From positions 1 to 62,771 of the forward strand of contig QPGO01000268.1 in the NCBI GenBank assembly GCA_008632985.1: a DNA stretch of 62,771 bases, read 5' to 3'. Position 1 is the first letter of the stretch. Each line of letters begins with the position of its first letter. A model generated the notes under the pieces. It was not told where the DNA came from, did not search any database, and saw only the letters and a list, made by a program, of their open reading frames with translations. Position numbers and translations under genes: made by a program. This document shows positions 1-11,799 of this stretch, piece after piece. The DNA is from Psammoneis japonica. Taxonomy: Eukaryota.

Positions 1-379
1 GTCGCACTGTACCGCATGGTCGACCAAAGCGCAGTCAATGCCTTGTGTCTGGAAGGATTTTTTTTAACATGAAAGCCGTTAAGGATATTCTCTTCACGTC
101 AGAGCTTTTTCACGCCATGCAGTTTGGTGTAGGTAGATGGCAGTGAATGCGTTGCGAACCTCCGTTGCGAACTCGAGAACCTAAGCCTACTACTGGAGGT
201 GGACGGAACGCGCGACATGTTGGTTTCGCGTCTTAACGGGGCGCAGAACAAGGAGAATTTCGAATGATGTGGTATGGTACATATTTCGATCTTACTAAGT
301 ACCATGTAGGTATATGCTTCTAAAACTTCGTTGCGCCTATTGCAAAGCAGATAATAGCCAAACTGAAAAGACCTCAGGC

Positions 380-2406
380 TCAAGCGGCACCGCTGCATTC
401 GGCATCAGCGCAGTGACGATATTCAGAATACGCAATCATTTCACTGGCAGCCTCTTTGCCGGCCAATGAATGCAGAAGCCCACGACCAAACAATTGCGCT
501 TCCTCATCGTATGGATGCTTTGTTACTCCACCCCAAACGCAATCAATAGCTCGCTGAAAGAGTTCCCTGTCTTCAACATTCCATTCAACCGCTTCCACAG
601 CGGATTCGAGTGTCACGCAGCCCTTCAAGTAGAGCCCCGCCGAGTCTTTGTAGAAGTCCATTGACGTCACCGTGCTCTCGATAATAGATGTTGAAATCTC
701 TTTGTGCTTTGCGCTGGCAAAACGATGAAGCAAGCTTAAAGCTGACTCTTGAATGTCCGTGACTTCTGCAAATTAATGCATCAAGTCAAGAAGGCTTTCA
801 AGTCCGCCGAGCTCAAGAATCTGCTCCGTGTAATCTCGTTCCTGACTCATACAAGCTAAGAGAATCCCGCAGAGGTCGCCGTAGAAAGCGGGAGGCTGAA
901 CAGTTTCTTTCATAGCATTGATGATACTTTCAAACAAACCAGCATCAACAAGGGTTTTGAAACTTCGTCACGAATGGCAGGAAGAAGAGCCTTGGCTGCT
1001 ATTCGCGCCTTAACCGGATTGCGAGACGGGTTTCGTACTTCCTCCAGTTGGGAGACTTGACGTGACAATGAAAGGTCGGAAATCATCTCCGTGGCTGCTC
1101 CAACACCTAACAATCCTTCCAGTACCAATTGACTGCTCTCGATTGCGATCTCGTTGATATTCCAAAGATTTGTGAGTCCGTAAGAAATGCAATCGATGCA
1201 CCGGGCGCTGGTATTGTTATCAACAGCATGGGAAAACCCCTGCAAGCAAAGCGCATCATGGAGTACGACTGTGCCTTGCAAAAACAGAATGTCTGAGTCT
1301 TGATGGCTCTCCATTGTCTTGAGCGAACTTTCAACAATGGTGCTTGTGATTGCTGCCCTCTTTGCGCAGAAAACGCCCAATAATCCCATGCCGGCTACTT
1401 GTACACCCTCGTCCGAAGGATATCGATTCATAAAACAAGTTACACCATCAAGTCCCTCGGCATCAAGGATTGCTTCAGTATAATCTCGACCCCTTTCATC
1501 ATGCATCATGAAGGTCGCGAGCATCTGGCAGACTCGATGGTAGACCACCGGAGTTTGTCCGTTCGCTTTCAAGACAGTAATGGCGGTCGCAAACACGCCT
1601 GCATCGATAAGAGAAGTAAACCAGCCCGCATCAAGTAACCTGATCAATACATTGAGAGCTTTGTCCGCCTCTTCGGCGCTGCAAGACGGACTACGGAGCA
1701 ATTCCGTTGCGGAACGTATGTCGGACAGTGCGGCGAACAACACAAGCAATATCGAAACTCTTTCTTGAGCATTTTCTTCCAAAATGTGTCTTGAGTTACC
1801 GTAGGTGATACAATTCTCGCATCTTTGGATGAAATGCTCATCACCAAGTCTCCTTTCCAGAAGAACCGCAGCTATGATTAGACCTCGGCAGCCCAAGGAA
1901 AAGACAAGGACGGAGTCTTTGTGCGTTTCCATCGCCTTGACTATGCTTTGAACGACGCTCCGGCAAATTTCTTCTGAAGTCTCTTGAGGGGAATCTTTCA
2001 TGAATACACGAAGAACAGCCACTCCAAGCATACAAATATCCTCGTCGGCGGCGCGCGAATCCATGATACCAACAATACCTTCGTGGCCGCCCATTGCGAG
2101 GATTGTTTCGGTGTAGCTCTTGTGTAAAAGTAGGCATTGGCTCATCGTCATGAGTAGAGCGAGGTAAAAACGAAAGGTTTGATCGTCGTGTTTCAAGGCA
2201 ATGACAATTGCTTCAAGTAGCCCGGATTCGACATACAACTCCATCGCGGCGTTGCCGTTCTCCCCGCGAATCGCTTTGTAAATGCCAATCGCCGCTTTTT
2301 CTGCCTCCTCGACACTCGAGGGACTACGGAGCTCCTCGGCCGTAGACTGGATCAACTGCGTCGAGGCGTCGGGAGGCGTGGTCATGATGATGTTTGATGG
2401 TGTCAT
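380..2406 (-). pseudogene. ARM/helical-repeat protein with three internal repeats; third repeat disrupted
   Basis: ORF 910-2427 (first ATG 2406) has repeats starting STAEELRSPSSVEEAEKA, SATELLRSPSCSAEEADKA and SQLEEVRNPSRNPVKA. The third repeat continues after a frameshift near 965 (FKTLVDAGLFESIINAMK..RDYTEQILELGGLE) and an in-frame TAA at 773-775 into ORF 380-733. It could be a truncated but functional gene. TpA content is normal. Confidence 0.6.
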
Positions 2407-2795
2407 TGTTCGATCGCCGCGACGCAAAAGTGCGACGCAGATTGAGATTGGATCGGGATGCGCGCCGTTGCGCGCGATTTTCAGCTCGTGACTTGGATGG
2501 TCGTGACTCGAGCTCTGACGCTCCGCATTGTTCGAACTCTTCGGTTCTTCAGAGAGGCGGGTTTACTGATCTGATCTGCTCTACGAGTGGGGACTAAAAT
2601 GGCTGTCGCAAGACTCTCTTAGTCTATTGGAAGTTGTCTTGGTCACATCGATGTAGCGAAGCCAGTATTACTGACAGCAATATAGCGTTGAGCTGCAACA
2701 TACCGTAAGAATTTTGAGCGAACTTTGATGGTGATTTGACTTATTCAATGATACAAAGCATTTTCTGTGCAATCATATATCCAACTCAATCCTCT

Positions 2796-3824
2796 CTATA
2801 GTAATACACAGTGAAAGATGGTGTGAGAAATGACTGGTCGGATTATACAAAGGGAAACAGACGATGTGTAGCGCTGTTTACCTCGAAAGCGCTGGTTGTC
2901 CCTGCGGCTATCTTTGCCCTCCTCAAGGTTTCCACTCAATGAAACCTTTTGTAAAAAGGGTAGAGTCGACAAGCCCATGAACCAATAATCTATATCAATG
3001 CCATTGCCTCGCAAATTCAATTCCTGCAAATACGAGAGTGAACACCACTCTTGAGCAAAGTAAGATCCATCATGCAAGCCATTGTTGGATAGATCAATGG
3101 CCGTAATGACATTGCAAATTTCATTCGATTTGCCCTTGCCTGAAAGAGCCAATTCATCTCGTGACTGGTGTGACTGAGTCAGCGGTGGTAGTTCGACACA
3201 TGCACAGGTGACGCCATACCACTCGCATTCATCAACCGACGGAGACAACCAATTCGTCGGAGTGTGCCATCTCGATCCATGGTAATGAAAATAAATGTTT
3301 GCTAGCGCATATCTCTCCATGATTCGATCCTTTTTTGAGACATGATTTATGTACAGAGTCCAGTGAGGTGCTTGCATGACTGGATCGTTGTCAAGGAGCG
3401 ACAAGTGTTGGGGGAAAATATCCGGTAGTACATCAGCGTGATGATCAATAGGCCACAGATTGCCTGTAACTTATAGGATATAGTCAAGTCTTTCCTGAGG
3501 TGTAACCAAGAATATATTTGGATATCTCGGTCGGGGAGGCTCCGTTGTAGAAGCTCCCCAAACGGTTTCTGTACAGATCTGCGCGCCAACATTCGGTGTC
3601 GTTGCGTTGAAGATTTCTTCATGAGTCGCCGTCAGCATAAAAATACCCGAGGCTACCAATACGACAAGAAACAATCGAATACAAAACATTGAAGGAGCCT
3701 CGTCGGTGTCTTCAAACCCTCCAATGTGAATGTTTTCATCGTCTTCATGACTCCTGTTGTCTTCTTCTGACGAGTCTTCGGAGGCGTTTCTCAGGTCATC
3801 ATGCAGCGCCATTGTCGAAAACAT
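2796..3824 (-). pseudogene. Diatom-type membrane-anchored LRR receptor-like protein with premature stop
   Basis: ORFs 3471-3869 and 2796-3404 are in the same frame, separated only by TAA at 3471-3473. Acidic N-terminus, TM helix (IRLFLVVLVASGIFML), LRR N-cap ERYALANIYF..WLSPSVDECEWYGVTC, LRRs ITAIDLSNNGL and LQELNLRGNGI. Confidence 0.7.
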
Positions 3825-4310
3825 TGAAGACGAGGCATCTGAGCGTGAGAGAAAAAGAAAAAATCTCAACGCACCAGTGAATAATCTCTACACCATGGAG
3901 ACTATTGCTGTTTGCAGATCAAGTTTTTGCAAATCTTCTGAACATTGAACTCCAGTGCGACAGCCAATTGATGGAGGACACAAATGATGAGACTTGCGCG
4001 CGCATGCGACATCCAACATGCGATGCGTGATTTGCTCGATGCCGCGGGGAATTTGATGGACTTTTGGCGCCAAATGCATGCACGCAATTGGTGGTTTGTT
4101 GTGGAGGGCCGCGTGATCAATGCAGGGTGTTGCAACAGAGTCTCATCTTGAACAAAGCACTGCACCAACATTTGGCTTGAGTTGGAACTTGCCGCACAAA
4201 ACACAGAGGCAGAGGTGGTGTGACACCGCAGCGAGCGAGTGCGTTGTAAAACAGGGACCGCGACTGTTCAAAAGTTCGCCTGGATCGTGGAGCATTGCAC
4301 ATTGATGCAT

Positions 4311-5310
4311 TCATTCACATGCGCACATCATGCACTTGCAAGTGACAGCGCCATTTTCAATAAAACCCAAATCATTGCCCTTTCCCTTTTGGACCGCCGA
4401 TGTTTGTTCTTGTGGTGCCGCCTGCAAGACCGGTTGTGGTTGCTGCTCGGCAGTCGCAGCAGCAGCAGCAGCAGGTTGTTGTTGTTGTTGTTGCGTGGGT
4501 GCTGGAGGATGTCCCGGTGGAGATGCACCCCAATGCCCATGGTGGGCTGCATGGTGGGGTGGTGGAGGAGGTGGGTGCAAGTGTTGTGGTGGTGCAACAG
4601 CAGCTCCAGGAGGCTGCTGTGGGGGGCTGGTGGCGACTGCTGCAAGAGGAGCAGGTGCTCCGCCTGCACCTGGTGTGCCAGCAGCTGCAGCAGTCGCAGT
4701 TGCACCAGGAGCAGCAGCTGCAGTTGGTGGAGCACACTGTTGTGGTGGCGGCGGTGCCATGTGCGGATGAGGCTGTGCTGGACAACATGCCGGCGGTCCT
4801 TGCGGTGGAACCCCTGCTTGTCCCGGTGGTGGTGGTGGTCCCGTGGCTGCCGCAGACAATCCAATGGGCTGCATGGCACAAAAGTTGGGCTCCGTGTCAG
4901 GATCACACTTGGCCTTGTTGGCAAGTCCCTTGACCTTGGTGCGCTTCATGTTGACGCACAATCCCGGGCGTCCCTTCAAGAACAATTTGTGGCAACAGCC
5001 GCCGTTGTCTGAGCCTTGACTGATGCGACAGAATTCTGAAAAAGAAAAAAAGCAAGTGAGTGTGAATGGTGTCAGTGCAAAAGACAGAGCAGCAACCACA
5101 ATGAAAACCAACAATGAGCAACAGTTGAAAAAAACACACCACATAAATTCAATTGTCGCTGAAAGGACGTGAGTCTTGTTTGTTGAAAAAACCATGGCAC
5201 AATCTCCGCCACAAACCGCCGTGGCTTGTGAATGGCAAAGGCCCATCCATGCGGAAAGAACGAAACCACGTCTGCCTTTCCCTGTTGTTTGGCAAACTCC
5301 AGGAACACTG
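4311..5310 (-). pseudogene. Heat-shock transcription factor (HSF DNA-binding domain), hypermutated and 5'-truncated copy
   Basis: ADVVSFFPHGWAFAIHKPRRFVAEIVPWFFQQTRLTSFQRQLNLCG, intron (about 5037-5137), then FCRISQGSDNGGCCHKLFLKGRPGLCVNMKRTKVKG..DPDTEPNFCAM. This matches the diatom HSF consensus SFQRQLNLYGF..GGYYHELFL..PNFY with Tyr>Cys. P/Q/A-rich tail with (gca)n/(gtt)n runs at 4456-4492. Confidence 0.85.
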
Positions 5311-5536
5311 ATGAAAATGTCGCCAACACAAAAAAATGCGACATTTTGCACCTTTGAGAGACATGTTGACACATTCTTTAATTGTCTTTGGTTCATTGTG
5401 ACTCAGTCAAATGACATGTGCTTGCCATTGTTTGCATGAGACTCCAACAATGTCGCCAAAATCTCCAACAGCACCCAAGCATTCAAGCTTCCTTCCTGTG
5501 TTAACATGCGAGTGTTGACAACAAGTTTTGGCAGAG

Positions 5537-5690
5537 GGAGACACATGGAGACAAACAGAGACAAACGGAGACACATGGAGACAAACGGAGACACATGGAG
5601 ACAAACGGAGACAAACAGAGACAGTGCATTGAGGAGACAAATGTGGAGACTTTTTAGCAAGAATTTGGAGACACAAACAGAGACATTCAT
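5537..5690. repeat. 10-bp minisatellite (ggagacacat / ggagacaaac / agagacaaac)
   Basis: About nine near-perfect units at 5537-5623 and degenerate units to about 5690. Confidence 0.9.
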
Positions 5691-6129
5691 TTGTGATTGT
5701 TCCATTGTAGAGATTGCAATTGTCAGCATGTTTGTCAAAACATGTGTGTTGCTTTTAAAGAAGACATTTTGATGACTGTCGACAAGACACATCATCGAAA
5801 AATCCAAAAAACACTGGGTTGATGATGAGTGCATCAAAAATGCCTCTACGGTGTGGGGATCTTACTTCACACCACACCAGTGCCGGGGCTGCTGCTGATC
5901 GGTCCGTTGAACATTGTGTTGGACATGACCTTCTCCAACGTCCATCCTCCCCTTCTCGGCAATCATCCATGTGGCGACAGCACCCTTGCCAGGAAGCAGG
6001 TTGCCATTCTCTTTGAAAGAGACTGCCTTGCAGTCGATCACAAAATTGTGTGCTGTGGAAAGAGTGTGATTGTCCAATCGCTCTGAATTCAAAAGGAAAA
6101 GAAGAAGAGCAAATTTGTGGCAAGTCTCA

Positions 6130-7020
6130 CAACAGCAATGAGAGCTTTGGACAGCTTGCAAGCAGTGTTGACCGAAACGAACCCAAGTGAGGTAAATTTC
6201 ATTGCCATCTTTGCTGAAGAAATTGATGTCGAAGTTGTCAAGCAATTGTGCCGAGCCCCTCTTTGATTGCAGCATTGCAACATTGGTTCAGATGGAATGG
6301 TCCATTTGTCTCAAGCCCTTTTGTTGCTCCCAATGCTGTCTCTCCTTGATGTAAGTGGCAACAAGATTGGGGACGACGGTGTCTAAACGGCATTGGCCCT
6401 GAGGGTGTAAAATCTTTGGGCAAAGTGCTGGAGCAGAACACAGAAATTGATGTGGCCCACCTTGCATGCAATGCAATTGGCTGTTGAAGTGCAGAATGCA
6501 TTGGAAAGATGTTGCCAAAAAATTGCAAACTGATGATGTTGTGGTTGACGAATTGTTGCACAGGGCCAAAGGGAGCCACAGGGAGCCATTGCAGTGGCCA
6601 GGAGCTTGAAAGAAAGCTCATCCATTGATGCTCTTTATCTTGACAACAACTGCATTGGAGATGGTGGCGCAAGAGCCCTTGGACAAATGCTTGTGCGAAA
6701 TGACAAAATCACGTGCGTGCGTGTGATGCGTGCCTCTTTTGGAGATGATGGGGAGGCGGCCCCAGTGGACGGCGTGAAGCAAAATGTGAGCGTCAATCCT
6801 CGCCTTTTATGGAATGGCATTTGTGAGGAGCTTGTGTCTGAGATTGAAAGGGACCGTGAGCTGTTGCGGCGCATTTTGCTGTTGTTGCATCGTGACTCCG
6901 TTCCCAACAGCATTTGGGCCAAGGTGTTGGCACTGGTTGGCGAAAACCCCAGCCTCTGTTGCCTTGTCATCAAGGCCAAACCTGAGCCAGTCAAGAAACA
7001 AACGGCACTCTCTTTACATG
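6130..7020 (+). pseudogene. RNI/NLRC3-like LRR protein pseudogene (same family as 47347-48255)
   Basis: LRRs LQHCNIGSDG, LLDVSGNKIGDDGV, NGIGPEGV, LYLDNNCIGDGGARALGQML. C-terminal SVPNSIWAKVLALVGENPSLCCLVIKAKP aligns with IPIGLWPLVLGRIKDRPSLIYFFLISKP. Contains stops and frameshifts. Confidence 0.75.
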
Positions 7021-7889
7021 ATGTTCAGAACAGCGGGTTGGCTCTGAATTCGAGGAGTGTGGGATGTGTGGCACATGAGACACAACCACAGTGTCACTTT
7101 GTTTTTGTTGTTTTCGCAAATGACCGACAACAATTTAGTAAAACAAACCACCTGTGTTTTTGTTTCCACCAAAGCCCACTCTTCGTACAGCACAGCTAGA
7201 CCAGTCTCTAGCAACCGACACTCTGTTCTTCCACGCGAACAAACCGACCTCTGAGTCGACTTGACTCATTGGCTTTGCGGCTTGTTGCAGGCATTCTATT
7301 TTTTGAATGCTCCCACAAGGCCTCTTGTTCACATGGAGTTGAAATGGTTGCTTTTCCAGTGAGACACTGCAACACACTGGCAGTTTGAAATGGAGACCAC
7401 AAGTGGGCCATGCGCAATCTAACCACACAATGGTGGAAACAAGGACAATTTTTAACAGCATTCTGATGGAGTGCACACTCTTGATCGTTTCTTGTAGATG
7501 GGTGCCTCCGGTTTCCCAAATCATTCTTCACATAAAAGAGATCAGAAACGCAGCTGATGCAACACGAACGCACCTTCTCCCTCTTTCCAGCGATGCAATC
7601 TCTACCTCCCATTCTTCTTCATTGCTCCTTGTTCAATCCATTCTGCACTTCAGCCTCTTGCAGTCAAGCTTCATTGTCTTTTTCTCAATGCTTGCACACA
7701 CTGGCCATGTGCTGATCCAACAGTTTGCACTGGACACATGCACAATTGGCAATGCTCTCACAGGCAACCCTTAGAGCGGCAAGAAAGAAACGACTCCAAA
7801 AGGTTGATCTCCTTCAACTCGACAATTCAACAGACACACCGGCATGCAGGTGACTTCTTCAATTGATCAACGAATCCATTCTTGGGATT

Positions 7890-8900
7890 CATTTCAGGTC
7901 CTTGAAGGAATCAACCATCACAGACTTCATTGTGTCTCGTGAGATGACCAGGCCGCCCTTCTTGCACTGAAGAGCGTGTTTCATTGCTAATTTGCATCCA
8001 CATCCATTGCAGTGCTCCGGGAGGTCAGGTGGAGCACAGTCACACCGCAGGAAGAGCACGTCACAGAACTCTTGGCATGAAAGTTTGGCGCCATTCAGTG
8101 TTGAAGGGCATGCTGAAAGCCACGCGCCAGTCTTGGTGCTGCGCTTGACAGCTCTGGTCTGGAGGTTGGGTGGGGTCCTGAGGATTGTTTTGAGGGTCTC
8201 CCCTTGCATCACAACTTTTTGATTGGCTGCTTCTTGCTTCACTTTTTGCACGGTGTCCTTGTGGGCTGCAGAGAAGAACTGGGAGTGGCTGCACAGTGAG
8301 TTGATCATGTGGGAACACATGAGAGTGCCTGCTCCACAGTTGTGAGCTGCGGACTCAGTTGGACAAGGGACAGACAGTCCCAAAAATTTGATTGGGAGGG
8401 CGGATGGGGCTGGTCTTGGGTCATCATCGGCTGGGGTCTCGCCTGCAATCTGCACCAGCGAACGACTTGCCACAGTCCTTCACTGCACGTTGGACATGTT
8501 GCCGCTGGTGTTGCAGGGACTTCTGCAGACCAGCACAGGCAGTCTGAGGTTGATGAATTGCAATTTTGGCATGTCTCTGGACAACCAAGGTCCACGACAC
8601 TTGGCTTTTTCTGCTGGCCATCAGTCGCGTGCATTGGTCTCTCCAATGAAGCCTCCGCAAGACAGTGGCTGCCAGACTTGATGGTAAAGCCTGGATCTCC
8701 AAAGCAGGCTCCAGCATTTTCCAGGTTGCGTTCTGGGACTGCTGGGATGTTCTTGGAGTTGTCGGCAGGGCAGCAGCTGTGTTTGGGGCTTTCAGCTTGG
8801 AGAGTGAGGAAAAATTCTCGCAGGGTGGTGAATTTCCCTGCTGCTGTGGAGTTGGAGTCATTGGCACACCAAGGCATGGGTGCATTTCACGGACCAGTGG
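7890..8900 (-). mobile_element. Degenerate non-LTR retrotransposon fragment (CRE/SLACS-like RT and Cys-His region)
   Basis: PWCAND (8857-8868, for YADD), ESPKHSCCP (GPKYGYYP-like), SGSHCLA (RYLG-like), KTGAWLSACPSTLNGAKLSCQEFCDVLFLRC..CNGCG..HALQCKKGGLV. Several frameshifts. Confidence 0.75.
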
Positions 8901-9398
8901 AAGAAGTCCTGGCCCGCATGCTGTGTTCGGATCTGCAAACAAGGGAGGGGATGCAAACCTGAAGCACACCAGAGGAAGCTGTGAAAGTGCAAGCAAAATC
9001 CATGCCCCAATCTTCAAGATCCCAGCACTCATTTTCTAATTTGTTCATTGAAATTCATGCAAAAATGTAGAATCTAAAGTGCACGATGTTTTGATGAAGA
9101 ATCTCACGTGGCATTGACACCCGACACCAACGCTCGAGATGGCAAAGAGATGCTGTTTGTGAACAAGCAAAACAGGAAGGTCTTTCACAAGCACAGAGAC
9201 AACAGTTCAAAGCTCGTTGGAAGATCGCAATCGACAGCACCAAAATGAAAAAGCTCAAAAACATCAAAACACAGTGAACACGCGCATCTCACACATCAAG
9301 GATGGACGGACGATGTTCTTCAGACGGCCGGTCGACGCACGGGCATCGATTTTCTGGGTTCGGCCGGGTTGTCATTGATGTGATCATACATCAACACC

Positions 9399-10024
9399 AT
9401 GATTGTCTACAAGTGCCACTTTGCCAGAGATGAAATGCTCTCCGATGCCTTCAAGCCTCATCCTGCTGTAGATGAAGAAGGTGACGAGGTTCCTGGATTG
9501 TTTGAGATTGATTCCACAAAGGTGAACAAGGTGCAGCATGCTTGTGTTTGGTCCTCTCTCTTTTGTTTCCTTTTGCGCAAGTCAAAGCTCACAAACTCAA
9601 GAAAACTAAAATCAGGACTCTGGTGGCTCCGTTGACATTGGTTGTGGAAACGAATTTGGTGGAGGAGACGCTGATCTCGATGACGGGGCCGAGCTCGTCA
9701 ACAATGTTGTGGATGAAACGATTGGATTCGATTTGCACGAGATCCCCTTGAGAAAGAAGGATCTCAAAGAGCACTTGGGAGCACACTGCAAGGCACTTCG
9801 ATTGAAACTGAAGGAGGACGAAAATGTTCCGGGACCACAAGTCAAGGCTTTCACACAAGCCGCTCCAGTCTTTTGCAAGCATCTGCTCAGCATGCACTCG
9901 GAGCTTGAATTTTGTGCATCTGCCTCAATGGACCCCGACGGATCCATGGCCTTTGGACTGTGTGAGGAGTGCCAACCCCACTTTTGTTCACATCAAGGCC
10001 GGGCTTCTCGAAGAGAAGTGCTAG
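9399..10024 (+). pseudogene. TCTP: Translationally controlled tumour protein (TCTP), hypermutated intron-containing copy
   Basis: Exon 1 9399-9530 (MIVYKCHFARDEMLSDAF..), intron 9531-9615, exon 2 DSGGSVDIGCGNEFGG..VNNVVD..LKEHLGAHCK..LEFCASASMDPDGSMAFG, frameshift near 9965, ANPTFVHIKAGLLEEKC*. Positions normally Tyr are His/Cys. Confidence 0.9.
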
Positions 10025-10496
10025 ATTCACCCTTTCATTTCTCAGATTCATTTTTGATGCTGCAACACGGTTTCCTCTCGCATGACTTGCTGTGGTTTGG
10101 GTTTTCGGTTTTGTAAATGATGTGACTCGCGACTGTGAAAGACTTTTGCATGAATTCTGTTTCGACTGTTTGCCAATTCATGCCTGTCTTTTGCATGCAG
10201 AGAGCCAACATTTAGAATGCAGTCCTTTGCTTTGCTGGGAGAAAGCTAGAAGTTGTGCGTTGATCATGAAGAAGACTGCTTCATCCTGGAAAGGAACAAC
10301 ACCAGCTCACTCACAAGAAGTGCCCCAAACAATGCCAATGTTCAAGAGCATGTCAACGTTCGAAAGTCTTCAGAATCAACAGTCTGAAGTCAACAGGCAA
10401 CAGAATCTAATCCAGCTCGTAGAATTTACACCGGTCTGTCAATGGCAGCGAAGTTTTTTTTGCTCTTCAAAAATCTCGACACTGAAAACACTTGTC

Positions 10497-10561
10497 GAAA
10501 ATCGGCTTTCGTCACCCACTACATGACACCAAGTTGCAGTGGGTGACGAAAGCCGATTTTC
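10497..10561. repeat. 27-bp inverted repeat with 11-nt spacer
   Basis: gaaaatcggctttcgtcacccactaca (10497-10523) and tgcagtgggtgacgaaagccgattttc (10535-10561) are 26/27 complementary. Confidence 0.9.
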
Positions 10562-11799
10562 AATGTCGGCCATTGTGGAGGCTCCAGAACAACAGCAAAG
10601 TCTAGAAAAAAACTGTCCCTGAGTAATTTGTGCAGCATCCAAATCTGTGTGACCTTTCCGAACTCCGGATTAAATGTCATGTTTTTTATACATTAAATGA
10701 TGGAACACAAACACAAATGTTAATTGGGGACAATCGAACACAACAGTCATTTTTTCTTGAGCAGCCAACAAGTTTTCAATGAAAAACATTCGCTTTCTAG
10801 TCACCCCGACCGATGCAACATGCGTTGGACCTTGTTCAGCTCGTCACGAGCTTTAGATCGACACATGGGTTATGGGGTCTGCGAGGTCATCCTAAAAAAA
10901 CTTCTCAACCATTGACAGACTGTCGGCACCGAACAGGAACGCGACTCATTTAACGGCGGCTTTCAAGAAGTGCGTGCAAGCATCTTTTTTCCACTGGCTA
11001 GAGCACTGTAGCCTCTGCCGGTGCTGCAGAGTCTTTGCACTGCATCATCCAGTCCCGCGGCTGCCGGCACTTGCAACCCACCACTCAATGCGCACAAATT
11101 GTGCCGAGTGAGAACGCGAATTATTTGGTGGCTTTCTGCAGCATCATTTTTTAGTCCCGCGGTGCCGCGGAATCCCTTTGCTGATTCCCGGCAACCGCAT
11201 CAGCTGATCGATCAGCACCTCGATGGCGTGCAACAGCAATCCACAGCACTGGATCTGTCCAGAGAGGGTGCACAATGGACAGCAGTGTTTTTGCGCCATG
11301 GAAGTGGCAGCCAACAGAGGCACTGATTTGTTGTGACCATGTGCGACTTTCCCCCTTCAAGAAAGGAAGGTTGTTGAGTTGGCTGCAAACTCAGGAGCAA
11401 GGAGCGTCCCTGACTGTGGGCCTTTGGGTTCAATCCATGCAAGTTCTGGACCACCTGCGTGGCTCCAGCATCATGGTTGACTGCTCTCCCAGCTGCTTGG
11501 TTCCTTCCAACGTGCCTCCAGCCCCCTGACCAGCAGCCACCTCACTGAGCATCACCCCATCAAGTCATGCGCTGGCAGCAGCACTGCAGAAGTGCCCCAG
11601 CTCTAGGTGGGACCTCGCATCACTGAACTGTGACATCAACAATTTTTGGATCCTGCTGTGCATGCACACAACTGAGTGACTTTGGTGGAATTTTGCACCA
11701 TTTGCAGTGCAACTGTTCGGCAACCTGTTCAACAACATTCAATGTTTTCTTCTTCCGCGCCATTCAAAAATGCCTTGAGAGCGGTGCAGGGCAGGCAGA

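Noticed and set aside
5537..5690. CRISPR-like or telomeric array
   Set aside because: Contiguous 10-bp units without unique spacers, no cas genes, and not a TTAGGG-type repeat.
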